A stretch of 42,595 nucleotides of DNA from Candidatus Gastranaerophilales bacterium (GCA_028282645.1 JANQHM010000064.1:1-42595), one strand, 5' to 3'. Positions 21,322 through 29,879 are shown, numbered from the stretch's first letter. Program-made: numbers and translations. The notes: a model not told the origin generated them from the sequence alone.

Positions 21322-21420
21322 ATGAACCTCCTCGACCCAAGGGTCAAGGTATCAGCTCCATAACTTTAAACGCAAAGCAAAGCTTTGCATAAGTTAGTGC
21401 CCCAAGGGTCGGAGTATTTT
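21322..21420. repeat. palindromic element with duplicated CCCAAGGGTC hairpin core (REP / IS200-IS605-end-like)
   Basis: CCCAAGGGTC at 21336 and 21401; central GCAAAGC-AAA-GCTTTGC hairpin. Confidence 0.6.
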
Positions 21421-21450
21421 ATTGAATAAAAAACTTAAAATCTTTTATAC

Positions 21451-21487
21451 AAAATGAGTGGGTAGTTTAATATCTGCTCATTTTTTG
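21451..21487 (+). terminator. intrinsic terminator
   Basis: AAAATGAGTGGGTA-N6-TATCTGCTCATTTT plus T tract. Confidence 0.8.
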
Positions 21488-21691
21488 TGGTTCTTTATTT
21501 TTTTTAAGTTAATAAATTAGGGTTGCCGTACTTATCTTTAAAATATTAAATTGTTAATATTTAAATTAGTTTGGTAGTAATATATTTTTATCCAAGCTTG
21601 GGAATCAAGTATTCTATTGAAATACAGCTTGTCTTTTATTTTTTTTCTTTCATAATATTTTTTATTTAAATTAAAAAAATCTAAAAAAATA

Positions 21692-21720
21692 TTGACAAAA
21701 AATTAGGCTTGCCGTACTCT
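21692..21720 (+). promoter_or_regulatory. sigma70-type promoter; core duplicated at 21515-21541
   Basis: TTGACA-N17-TACTCT. Confidence 0.6.
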
Positions 21721-21771
21721 TGTCTTTAACAAACAAATACATAAGCTTAAAAAAAGAGAGAAATAAAAAAA

Positions 21772-23427
21772 ATGAACTTAACAAATCCGCAAATATTCCC
21801 TCAAAAGGGGAGCAATTTTAATATTGAAAAAAAATTTTTTTGCAATGAAAATAAATATTATATGCCTAAAATAAAAGTTCTAAAAAGAGATGTTGTATCA
21901 TTCAAAGGTAAAAGTTTTTCTATTGATCCTAAATTTGATGATCTTGTTAAAAAAGCAAAGATAAGTCCTGAAATGTCTAGTTATATAAAAAATATAAAGA
22001 ATAAGTCATCATTAAAAAATAATCCAAACAGTAAAGAAAAGATTCTTGTTATGGGGTCAGGCCATTTGGGCTTTGGAGTTATGCTTGACTCAATGCTTCA
22101 AAATATAAAATTGAACAAACCTATTGATATTAAAATGGTCCTTCCTAGAAGAGACAGCGAAAATACTGCTTCACGGCTGGCACCAATATATAAATTTAAT
22201 GGAACCGTAGTAAAAAATACTTTTACCAAAGAAGAAAATTTTATAGAACTTTCTGCAAGTAATTTTATACCTCAATGGGATAAACAGAAATTCAATGAAA
22301 GTATAAACAATTCTGACACTATTATTGTAACTTTACCTGATGAGCCAAGTGCAAGAAAAGAAATATTTGATAAAATCGGGTCCAATAGTCTTGATGGTAA
22401 AACTGTTATATTAATGCCCGGCGGCGAAGGTGGTGTAATTGAGACAGCAAAAAAAATTTCAGAGTCAACAAATAGCAATGTAACTGTAGGCCTGGTGGAA
22501 ACAGCTCCATATGGTTGTAGAATGAATGGTATACTTGATGCTAAACGAAAATCCCAGATAGATATAGCAGTTATTCCCAAGTCAAAAATTGGCAATGTTC
22601 TTCAAACGCTAGATAAAGTATTTCCTTTAAAAAAGGAAAAAGAAAATGTAATGAAATTTAATCCAGTATCTGCGCTTGATATTATTCTGGGTGGAGAAAA
22701 TTATATTTACCACTGCGCAGTTGTTTTGAATTCTGACAATCTTTTAAAAAGTATTAAGAAAGTAGATAGTAAGGCAGAATATCCAAAGCGATTAAAGGGT
22801 GAAAGTAATGAAGCTTTTAAAGAGAAAATGAATAGTTCTTATAATCATTATATTGAAGGCATTACTCCTGAAGTTGCCAGGATTATGGAAGGCATGGATA
22901 AAGAAAGAATGGCTATAGCAAAAGCTTTTAATCTTAAAACTGAGTCAATAAGTGAGGCTTTAAATCGACATTATGGAATAGGAAAGTATAAAACATATTA
23001 TGATGCTTTTCAAGCTTGCAAAAATGTTTATAGCTCCAGGCCACCTACTGCTGATAAGCTTGCAAATCACAGATATATAACTGAAGATTTAGCTAATACA
23101 AAAGTCATAATGAGGTTAGGCGAGATAGCAGGCATAGAAACCCCTATAACAAATAAAGCTTTTGAAGTATTCTGCTGGAATGCAAAGGAGATAAAAACTC
23201 CAAAGGATAAGCTTGTTGGATATGAGAATGCAATAAAAGAACTTCCTGATAACAAAGAAGATATTATCAGATATTTAAAGGATCCGGCGAATTTTAAAAA
23301 GGCTGAAAGTAATAAAAGATCTGACAATTCTCTTTTTAATGCGGGTAATATTTTTAAACGTAATACTAAGCCCGTTGGGCTTTTACTTAAAATGGTTCCT
23401 TATCGAAAATTAGCCCAAAATGATTAA
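21772..23427 (+). CDS. NAD/NADP octopine/nopaline (opine) dehydrogenase-like protein with N- and C-terminal extensions
   Basis: Rossmann ILVMGSGHLG, MPG, ETAPYGCR, EGITPEVA, DKERMAIAKA, HRYITED, GIETP. Confidence 0.82.
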   Translation: MNLTNPQIFPQKGSNFNIEKKFFCNENKYYMPKIKVLKRDVVSFKGKSFSIDPKFDDLVKKAKISPEMSSYIKNIKNKSSLKNNPNSKEKILVMGSGHLGFGVMLDSMLQNIKLNKPIDIKMVLPRRDSENTASRLAPIYKFNGTVVKNTFTKEENFIELSASNFIPQWDKQKFNESINNSDTIIVTLPDEPSARKEIFDKIGSNSLDGKTVILMPGGEGGVIETAKKISESTNSNVTVGLVETAPYGCRMNGILDAKRKSQIDIAVIPKSKIGNVLQTLDKVFPLKKEKENVMKFNPVSALDIILGGENYIYHCAVVLNSDNLLKSIKKVDSKAEYPKRLKGESNEAFKEKMNSSYNHYIEGITPEVARIMEGMDKERMAIAKAFNLKTESISEALNRHYGIGKYKTYYDAFQACKNVYSSRPPTADKLANHRYITEDLANTKVIMRLGEIAGIETPITNKAFEVFCWNAKEIKTPKDKLVGYENAIKELPDNKEDIIRYLKDPANFKKAESNKRSDNSLFNAGNIFKRNTKPVGLLLKMVPYRKLAQND

Positions 23428-23478
23428 CTGAACAAAAAGCCCTGAAAATTTTTTATAAAAAGGAATTTCTAACTATTC

Positions 23479-23530
23479 AGGATGCCTGACTTTTATTATG
23501 CTTACAATAGTAGTGTTCAGGCATCTTTTT
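23479..23530 (+). terminator. probable terminator
   Basis: GATGCCTGA ... TCAGGCATC followed by TTTTT. Confidence 0.65.
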
Positions 23531-23670
23531 GATTGTTAATTTTTTTAAAATAATCCACTATTATAATAGTTTTTTTCTTATTTAAAAAATTATTTATTGT
23601 TAAAATTATCTTATAATTAAATCTTATTAATATGGCTTAACCAGGCATAATTTTAACAGAGGGGCATTAA

Positions 23671-25041
23671 ATGCATTTAATCAATAAATTAAAAGAAATA
23701 ACAGAAAATAATCCGACATTATTTACCACTCCCGGACATTCTCAGGGAAAAATAATATTTCCTCCATTAAAAAAAGTAATAGGCAAGAAAGTTTTTAAAT
23801 ATGATTACTCAGAAGTTTTAGGACTGGATAACCTGCAAGATCCATCTGATACCTTGTTAAAGTCACAGCTAAGATCAGGTGTAATATACGATAGCAAAGC
23901 ATCTTTCTATTTAACAAACGGATCATCTTCAGGCATAACAGCATTAATGTTAGCCACCGCTAAAAAAGGAGAAAAAATCCTGATTGCAAGAAATGCTCAT
24001 AAATCTGTAATAAATGCATTAATTTTAACAGGAGCTGTACCTGTATGGTTAGATGTTGACTGGATAAGTGACTGGAATATATCAAATAATGTTTGCACTG
24101 CTAAAATAAAAGATCATCTGGATAATAATCCTGATATAACTTCAGTGTGGATTACAAATCCGACTTATGAAGGCATCATTGCCGATGTAGCAGAAATATC
24201 CAGAGTATGTAAAGAAAAAAATGTCAAGTTAATAGTTGACGAAGCCCATGGTGCATTATGGAATTTTCATAACGATCTGCCCGAGCCGGCTATCAAGCTG
24301 GGTGCAGACGCATCAGTTCAATCATTACATAAGAGTGCATCCTGCTTAACTCAAGGAGCAATATTGCATATAAGTAAAAATACCTCTATAACACCTGCCA
24401 AAATGCAAGAATGTTTAAACATAACAAATACAACATCACCTTCTTATATACTGCTAGCAAGTATAGAAGGAGCGATTGAGCACATAAATTCACTACAAGG
24501 AGAAAAGAATTTAAATAAGCTCTTGGAAAACATAGAAAAATTTAAGCAAAAATTACAAAAATACCCTGAAATTACTTTTTATGACGTAAACCATGACCCA
24601 ACAAAGCTATTGTTTAAGCTAAAAGATATTTCAGGCAATTTAGTAGCTGAACATCTTGAAAATAAAAGAAATATAGAAGTAGAGCTTAATAGCGATATCT
24701 CCTTAATGGCTCACACCGGCATAGGTACCACCAAGAAACAACTTGACAAGTTGATGTCTTCTCTGATTCTTGCAATAAATACATTGCCTAAAAGAAGCTC
24801 CGCCCCTGAATCTGGCAATTATTTTACCTCTGCATATGTAATATTCTCTCCGGCAGAAGCTTTTTATAAAAAATCAAAAATACTGCCAATACAAGAATGC
24901 CAAGGGCTTGTTTCAAAAGAAACCATTGTACCTTATCCGCCCGGCATTCCTATTTTAATATGCGGTGAGCTTATTAAGCAAAATCATATTGAATACCTGA
25001 TAAAAACAGGAAAAAAATCATTGGAAATAATTACTGATTAA
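23671..25041 (+). CDS. PLP-dependent Orn/Lys/Arg decarboxylase family protein
   Basis: TPGH, TNGSS, RNAHKS, VDEAHG, QSLHK (PLP lysine), TTSPSY, PYPPGIP. Confidence 0.93.
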   Translation: MHLINKLKEITENNPTLFTTPGHSQGKIIFPPLKKVIGKKVFKYDYSEVLGLDNLQDPSDTLLKSQLRSGVIYDSKASFYLTNGSSSGITALMLATAKKGEKILIARNAHKSVINALILTGAVPVWLDVDWISDWNISNNVCTAKIKDHLDNNPDITSVWITNPTYEGIIADVAEISRVCKEKNVKLIVDEAHGALWNFHNDLPEPAIKLGADASVQSLHKSASCLTQGAILHISKNTSITPAKMQECLNITNTTSPSYILLASIEGAIEHINSLQGEKNLNKLLENIEKFKQKLQKYPEITFYDVNHDPTKLLFKLKDISGNLVAEHLENKRNIEVELNSDISLMAHTGIGTTKKQLDKLMSSLILAINTLPKRSSAPESGNYFTSAYVIFSPAEAFYKKSKILPIQECQGLVSKETIVPYPPGIPILICGELIKQNHIEYLIKTGKKSLEIITD

Positions 25042-25496
25042 TTTTTCTTATTTTTTTGCGAGGTTAATTTTTTAATAACATCTTCAGTTATATCTTCAGC
25101 ACCATACAAAGTGCTTTCTTTTCTTACTACTGTTTTTATTTTCTTTTTCTTGCTCACATTCTCTATAACTGCATAAATTTGTTTTTGGAGTTTATTCCAC
25201 TCTTGCATTTTACTTTTCAGCTCTGCTCTTTTTTTAGCTAAAGCTTTATTGTATTTTTCTTCTTTTTGTTTTTTATCTACATCATTTTTAGCATTTTTAA
25301 TATCTTTTGATGCTTCTATTATAAATTTATGCAACTCTCTTTCCTGTTTTTTAATTATTGCAGCAGACTCTTTAGCTTGCGGGTAACTGTTAATTACTTT
25401 ATAAGTGTCTATGACAGCAGTATCATTAGCAAAAGATTCTACTGCACTATAATTTAAAAACATCATCATTGCCAAAGTAATAACTATTTTATTCAT
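25038..25496 (-). CDS. OmpH/Skp family periplasmic chaperone
   Basis: Signal peptide, AVID, long coiled coil, C-terminal DITEDVIKKL; AAGGAG. Confidence 0.85.
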   Translation of the reverse strand: MNKIVITLAMMMFLNYSAVESFANDTAVIDTYKVINSYPQAKESAAIIKKQERELHKFIIEASKDIKNAKNDVDKKQKEEKYNKALAKKRAELKSKMQEWNKLQKQIYAVIENVSKKKKIKTVVRKESTLYGAEDITEDVIKKLTSQKNKKN

Positions 25497-25518
25497 AAGA
25501 TCTCCTTGATTAAAAATA

Positions 25519-25625
25519 AAAGAAGCTACCTGGTTTTTGTAACCTTTTAAAATATAACTCGCTCCAATATAATTTCGATTAGTCAGCCAGTTAATACCAA
25601 AAGGTAAAATACAGGTAGCCTCTTT
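25519..25625 (-). ncRNA. candidate ~105-nt irregular hairpin RNA upstream of skp
   Basis: Four nested helices; G-U pairs favour the minus strand; U-rich tail. Confidence 0.45.
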
Positions 25626-25648
25626 AACTATTAAAAAAGTTGTTTAAA

Positions 25649-26080
25649 TTATTGAGCTTCAGCCCCTACTGTAACTTCAACTTCTTCTTCTTCTTTTTTC
25701 TTTAATTCAAGCAGATAAGAAATAGGATATTCTCTTTCCAATATCTTTTTACCATCTACTTCTATTTCAAAAGTAATGCTTTCAGATCCTTTTTCTGCCA
25801 AAAAGTTTAAATTATTAGCAATGGCATTAAATACAGATTGTCTGTTTTTTATTTCTGCTTTTACTGTTCCAAGCTCAACACTTTCGTTTTTGCCTGATCT
25901 TACTTTAAACTTAAGCTCATACTCGCCTTCATCCCAATTAGGTCCACAAATAAAAGCCAAGTCAAAATTAAATTTTGCAGGTAAATGAAGTGCTGAAAAT
26001 TGATCCCATACATTGATTACAGATAGCCTGTTATTTCTAAAAGAAATTTGCTCTGCAACGATTAAATATTGTTGTTTCAT
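25649..26080 (-). CDS. hypothetical beta-rich protein (DUF6941-like)
   Basis: Clean ORF, GGGGG RBS; family resemblance from RLSVINVWD...LPA is tentative. Confidence 0.7.
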   Translation of the reverse strand: MKQQYLIVAEQISFRNNRLSVINVWDQFSALHLPAKFNFDLAFICGPNWDEGEYELKFKVRSGKNESVELGTVKAEIKNRQSVFNAIANNLNFLAEKGSESITFEIEVDGKKILEREYPISYLLELKKKEEEEVEVTVGAEAQ

Positions 26081-26233
26081 TATTTCCCCCTTGTTTTAAA
26101 ATAAATACTCAAAACTTCAAAATCAATTGTACAATATAAATAAAAAACTAACAAATGAATAATAAATTCTTTTTATAAACACCGGCTGTTCTTTTATTTA
26201 TTAAAGGATTTCATAAAACATCTTCTTAATTTT

Positions 26234-26352
26234 TATACTAGTACCCAGTTAAACTTTAAATAGGTGCAAATCGCAAGTCTCACCTTAATTTAAAGGCAAA
26301 ATATCCAACCTTGATTCATACCAAAGTTTTAGAATTTTTGGACTTAAATATA
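26234..26352 (+). mobile_element. divergent MITE-like element
   Basis: TATACTAGTACCCAGTTAAACTTTAAA left end; ATTTTTGGACTTAAATATA right end; interior unlike the main family. Confidence 0.45.
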
Positions 26353-26427
26353 ATGTTAAGTATTGTAAGCATAAGTTAATATAATGTTACAAAGTTTGGA
26401 AAGCGCTTCCCACATTTAATTTGAGAT

Positions 26428-26460
26428 TAGTACAAGGATGTATTAAACTGGATTAAGGAG
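26428..26460 (+). promoter_or_regulatory. CsrA binding sites in the flagellin leader
   Basis: GTACAAGGATGT equals the RUACARGGAUGU consensus, with AGGA looped on a 7-bp stem; further GGA at 26450 and in the SD. Confidence 0.8.
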
Positions 26461-26469
26461 AATCTAACT

Positions 26470-27333
26470 ATGGGTGTTATTATAAATACTAATGTTAGTG
26501 CGAATATCGTACAACGTAATATGGGTTATGCTACGGATCGCATAAGTAAATCGATTGAAAAATTGTCAACCGGTTATAAAATAAACAGGGCCTCTGACGA
26601 TGCAGCAGGATTGACAATTTCAGAAGGATTAAGATCTCAGGCTCAAGGTTCAAAAGTAGCAATGTCAAATGCTCAAACCGGTATTAATATGCTACAAGTC
26701 GCGGAAGGTGACCTTACAATTATTCAAGAAAACCTTCAAAGAATAAGAGATCTTACGGTTCAAGCCGCAAACGGGACATACGGCTCCGGAGAAAGAGACG
26801 CTATTAAAGCAGAGGTTAATCAACGTTTACAAGAAATTACAAGATTGGCAGACTCATCTGCATTCAATAAGCTGAAATTATTAGATGGAAGTGTATCCAG
26901 TCTTTCTTTACAACTTGGGCCAAACCACGTTGCTAATGCAATTAGCTTAAATTCACTGGATGTCAGTGCTCCATTTAAGTCGGCAAATTCTGTGGATCTG
27001 GGAATTTTCGATACTGATGACCCGGCATATTTAGACGTATTCTTCTCTACTACTGCAGCTGCAGGTAGCTATATATCAAAGATTGACGTTGCAATTAATG
27101 ATATATCAACAAGGCGTTCTTCAATAGGTGCTTACCAAAACAGATTAGAGTCATCTGTAAGAAGTTTACAAGTTAAGGTAGAAAATCTCGTGGCATCTGA
27201 TTCCAGAATTAGAGATGCGGATGTAGCAGTAGAGGCAGCTGAGCTTACACGTAATCAAATTTTACAGCAGGCTGCAACTTCCTTATTAGCACAAGCTAAC
27301 CAAGCTCCAAGTGTTGCATTAAGTTTAATATAA
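26470..27333 (+). CDS. fliC: flagellin (short, minimal variable domain)
   Basis: INTN, LSTGYKINRASDDAAGL, GAYQNRL, SRIRDAD, AQANQ. Confidence 0.97.
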   Translation: MGVIINTNVSANIVQRNMGYATDRISKSIEKLSTGYKINRASDDAAGLTISEGLRSQAQGSKVAMSNAQTGINMLQVAEGDLTIIQENLQRIRDLTVQAANGTYGSGERDAIKAEVNQRLQEITRLADSSAFNKLKLLDGSVSSLSLQLGPNHVANAISLNSLDVSAPFKSANSVDLGIFDTDDPAYLDVFFSTTAAAGSYISKIDVAINDISTRRSSIGAYQNRLESSVRSLQVKVENLVASDSRIRDADVAVEAAELTRNQILQQAATSLLAQANQAPSVALSLI

Positions 27334-27520
27334 ATAATCGCTTAGCTAAAATTTTTAATAAGGGTGTGTTTATAACTGCCTTAATATTAAGTGATTTTTA
27401 TAATTCTTTGAAATATAGAAAATAAATTTTTAAAAGAATTAAATTTTTGGATAAATCTGACTAAAAGAAAAAAATGAAGCTGAAAATAGTTTATAAAATT
27501 TAACCCATAGTGAAAGAACT

Positions 27521-27551
27521 AGAGGTTACCTTTTGAGGTAACCTCTCTTTT
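27521..27551 (+). terminator. intrinsic terminator of the flagellin transcript
   Basis: AGAGGTTACC-TTTTGA-GGTAACCTCT then CTTTT. Confidence 0.8.
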
Positions 27552-27627
27552 ATAATAGCCCGATTGGGTAATAAAAATTTTTTGTTTATTTAATAAATCC
27601 GTGCTATTTAAATAAACAAAAATTTGT

Positions 27628-27681
27628 TATACTGGACTTTGAAAAAAGAGTAATCCGAAAAATAAATTTTGAATCGAAACA
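27628..27681 (-). mobile_element. degenerate minimal MITE
   Basis: TATACT start; AAAAGAGTAATCCGAAA matches the reverse left TIR. Confidence 0.45.
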
Positions 27682-27765
27682 AATAGTTAAATGTGGTAAA
27701 ATTTTTAAGTTTTCATGTTTTATATTAAATAAGTTGAATTTTTAAAAAAAGTAAGAGAAGGAATA

Positions 27766-28659
27766 ATGGCAGCTACAGATTACGCACAATTAAACAAAAT
27801 TGATTCTACTGATTCATTAACATTTATTTCTAAAAATAAAAAAAGTAAAACTATTGAAAAAAATAGCACTTTAACTAATTTTTTTAGGAATTATATTTTA
27901 TATATTTTAGAAAAAGACAGGAAAAATCAAAATCCTGTTTTTCTTTATTTTGACGAAAATATAATTGACAAGTTTGTATTCGGTGTCATCGCCAGACCGG
28001 TTTCAATCGGTCTGGCAGGCGAAAGTGCAAGCGGAAAATCAACGTTTGTTCACGACATTATAACCTCTATAATTAATTATCAAACAGAAAATAATCTGTC
28101 TCATCTTGTAACAAGGCTTAATGCTGATGATTATTATTACGACAGGTCTGAAGACGTTAAAAAAGCCGGTGGATTTGAAAATTTTGCACAAAGCTACGAC
28201 TTTGATGTACCGGATGCTATAGAATTAAGCCTTCTAAAAGAACATATAGAAAAGCTGATGCTGGGACAAAGCGTTTTTTTGCCTAAATATTCAATGGACG
28301 ATAAAGCTGTAAGAACAGAGAATCACAAGTTGGTAAATCCTTGCAAATTCATCATATCAGAAGGATTATTTAATTTAAATGAAGATATTAATTATATATT
28401 TGATTTAAAGATATATGTTGATATAAGCAACTCAAAGCAAAAAATGCGCTGGTTTAAAAGGGCATCTGAGCGTTACCTGACAGGTGAGGCCGCCGTAAAA
28501 ACTTATAATAATGTTATAAAAAACGCACAAACTCATGTTAAGCCAACAATGCGGTTTGCTGATATTATTATAAACGGTAATGCAGACAGAGAAAGCTATA
28601 TAAATATAATTAACAAATTTATCGAATTGTCTGAACTGGCAAATTTATGTATATATTAA
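27766..28659 (+). CDS. uridine kinase/phosphoribulokinase family P-loop kinase
   Basis: IGLAGESASGKST, DDYY, FDVPDA, IISEG, DLKIYVD, ADIII. Confidence 0.85.
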   Translation: MAATDYAQLNKIDSTDSLTFISKNKKSKTIEKNSTLTNFFRNYILYILEKDRKNQNPVFLYFDENIIDKFVFGVIARPVSIGLAGESASGKSTFVHDIITSIINYQTENNLSHLVTRLNADDYYYDRSEDVKKAGGFENFAQSYDFDVPDAIELSLLKEHIEKLMLGQSVFLPKYSMDDKAVRTENHKLVNPCKFIISEGLFNLNEDINYIFDLKIYVDISNSKQKMRWFKRASERYLTGEAAVKTYNNVIKNAQTHVKPTMRFADIIINGNADRESYINIINKFIELSELANLCIY

Positions 28660-28695
28660 TTAAATAAATAACAAATTTTTTAAAACTTAAGTATT

Positions 28696-29283
28696 ATGAA
28701 TATAACACTATTTACAGGAACATTTAATCCCGTTCATATCTCGCATTTGATTATTGCAGAAACAGTAAGAGAAGTATTAAATACCGATAAGTTTATTATT
28801 GTTCCGTCTTACCTTCCACCGCATCGCAATAAGGGTATTTTATGTGCTAAACATAGATTTAATATGGTAAAGTTAGCAATTAAAGACAATCCAAATATAG
28901 AAATAAGTGATGTTGAGCATCAAAGAGGCGGCAAGTCATACTCGGTTCGTACAGTAAAAGAAATACTGGACTTATATAAAACTGATAATTTAAACTTTAT
29001 TATAGGAGCTGATGCTTTTCATCTGATTGAGACCTGGTATAAAGCAGATGAACTGGCAAGCCTCGTAAAGTTTATAATAGTGACAAGACCTGATTCTGAA
29101 TCAATAGAGAATATTATAAATTCCGTAAGATTGCAAAATTTTAAATATCAAGAAGTTAAAACTCCCCTAATGGATATATCTTCTACTTTTATAAGAAATA
29201 AAATAAAAGATGGAAAATCAATAAAGTATTTGGTTCATCCTGAAGTTGAAAAGTATATAGAAAAAAACGGATTATATAAATGA
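28696..29283 (+). CDS. nadD: nicotinate-nucleotide adenylyltransferase
   Basis: GTFNPVHISH, PPHR, SYSVRT, FIIGAD, ISSTFIR. Confidence 0.95.
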   Translation: MNITLFTGTFNPVHISHLIIAETVREVLNTDKFIIVPSYLPPHRNKGILCAKHRFNMVKLAIKDNPNIEISDVEHQRGGKSYSVRTVKEILDLYKTDNLNFIIGADAFHLIETWYKADELASLVKFIIVTRPDSESIENIINSVRLQNFKYQEVKTPLMDISSTFIRNKIKDGKSIKYLVHPEVEKYIEKNGLYK

Positions 29284-29879
29284 AAGCTAAATCATTAAGT
29301 ACGTTATCTGCAGAACTAAAAGAATACATAAAAAAAGAACTGTCAGAAGAAAAATATCTGCATTCCATAGGATCAGAAGAAACTGCAAAAGAACTTGCTG
29401 AATATTTTAATGCAGATGTAGAAAAAGCTTGTTTTGCAGCTTTAATTCATGACATAGCTAAAAGCAAAAGTAACGAAGAGTTGCTAAAACTAATAAGAGA
29501 AAATAATATAAAAGTTTCAGCCTCTGAATTGGCAGCATTCAAGACACTTCACGCCCCGGTAGGAGCTTTTATTGCAAAAAAAGATTTTGATATAAATGAT
29601 AAAGAAGTTTTAGATGCAATAAGGTGGCATACAATAGGCCATAAAAACATGTCTGATATTGAAAAAATAGTATTTTTAGCTGATAAAACAGAAGTTAATA
29701 CAAGAGATTTAAACTTTAGAAATCAAGTTTTAAAAGCCATATATGATACAAATAACTTGGACTATGGGCTGATCATTTGTTACAAAGCTACAATACAAAG
29801 CTTATTGGAAAGAAAACTTTATATAAGCATAGATACAATAAATGTTTGGAATTATTTAACAGAATGTTTGTTAAAATAA
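29280..29879 (+). CDS. yqeK: HD-domain symmetrical Ap4A hydrolase
   Basis: HS, LIHDIAK, LHAPVGA, HT, ADK; overlaps the nadD stop (ATGA). Confidence 0.92.
   Translation: MKAKSLSTLSAELKEYIKKELSEEKYLHSIGSEETAKELAEYFNADVEKACFAALIHDIAKSKSNEELLKLIRENNIKVSASELAAFKTLHAPVGAFIAKKDFDINDKEVLDAIRWHTIGHKNMSDIEKIVFLADKTEVNTRDLNFRNQVLKAIYDTNNLDYGLIICYKATIQSLLERKLYISIDTINVWNYLTECLLK

Noticed and set aside
21772-25041. Opine dehydrogenase plus decarboxylase as one metallophore or polyamine operon
   Set aside because: Separated by 243 nt containing a terminator-like hairpin; no other pathway genes
27766-28659. Phosphoribulokinase of a Calvin cycle
   Set aside because: P-loop similar, but the other motifs look more like Udk and no RuBisCO is nearby
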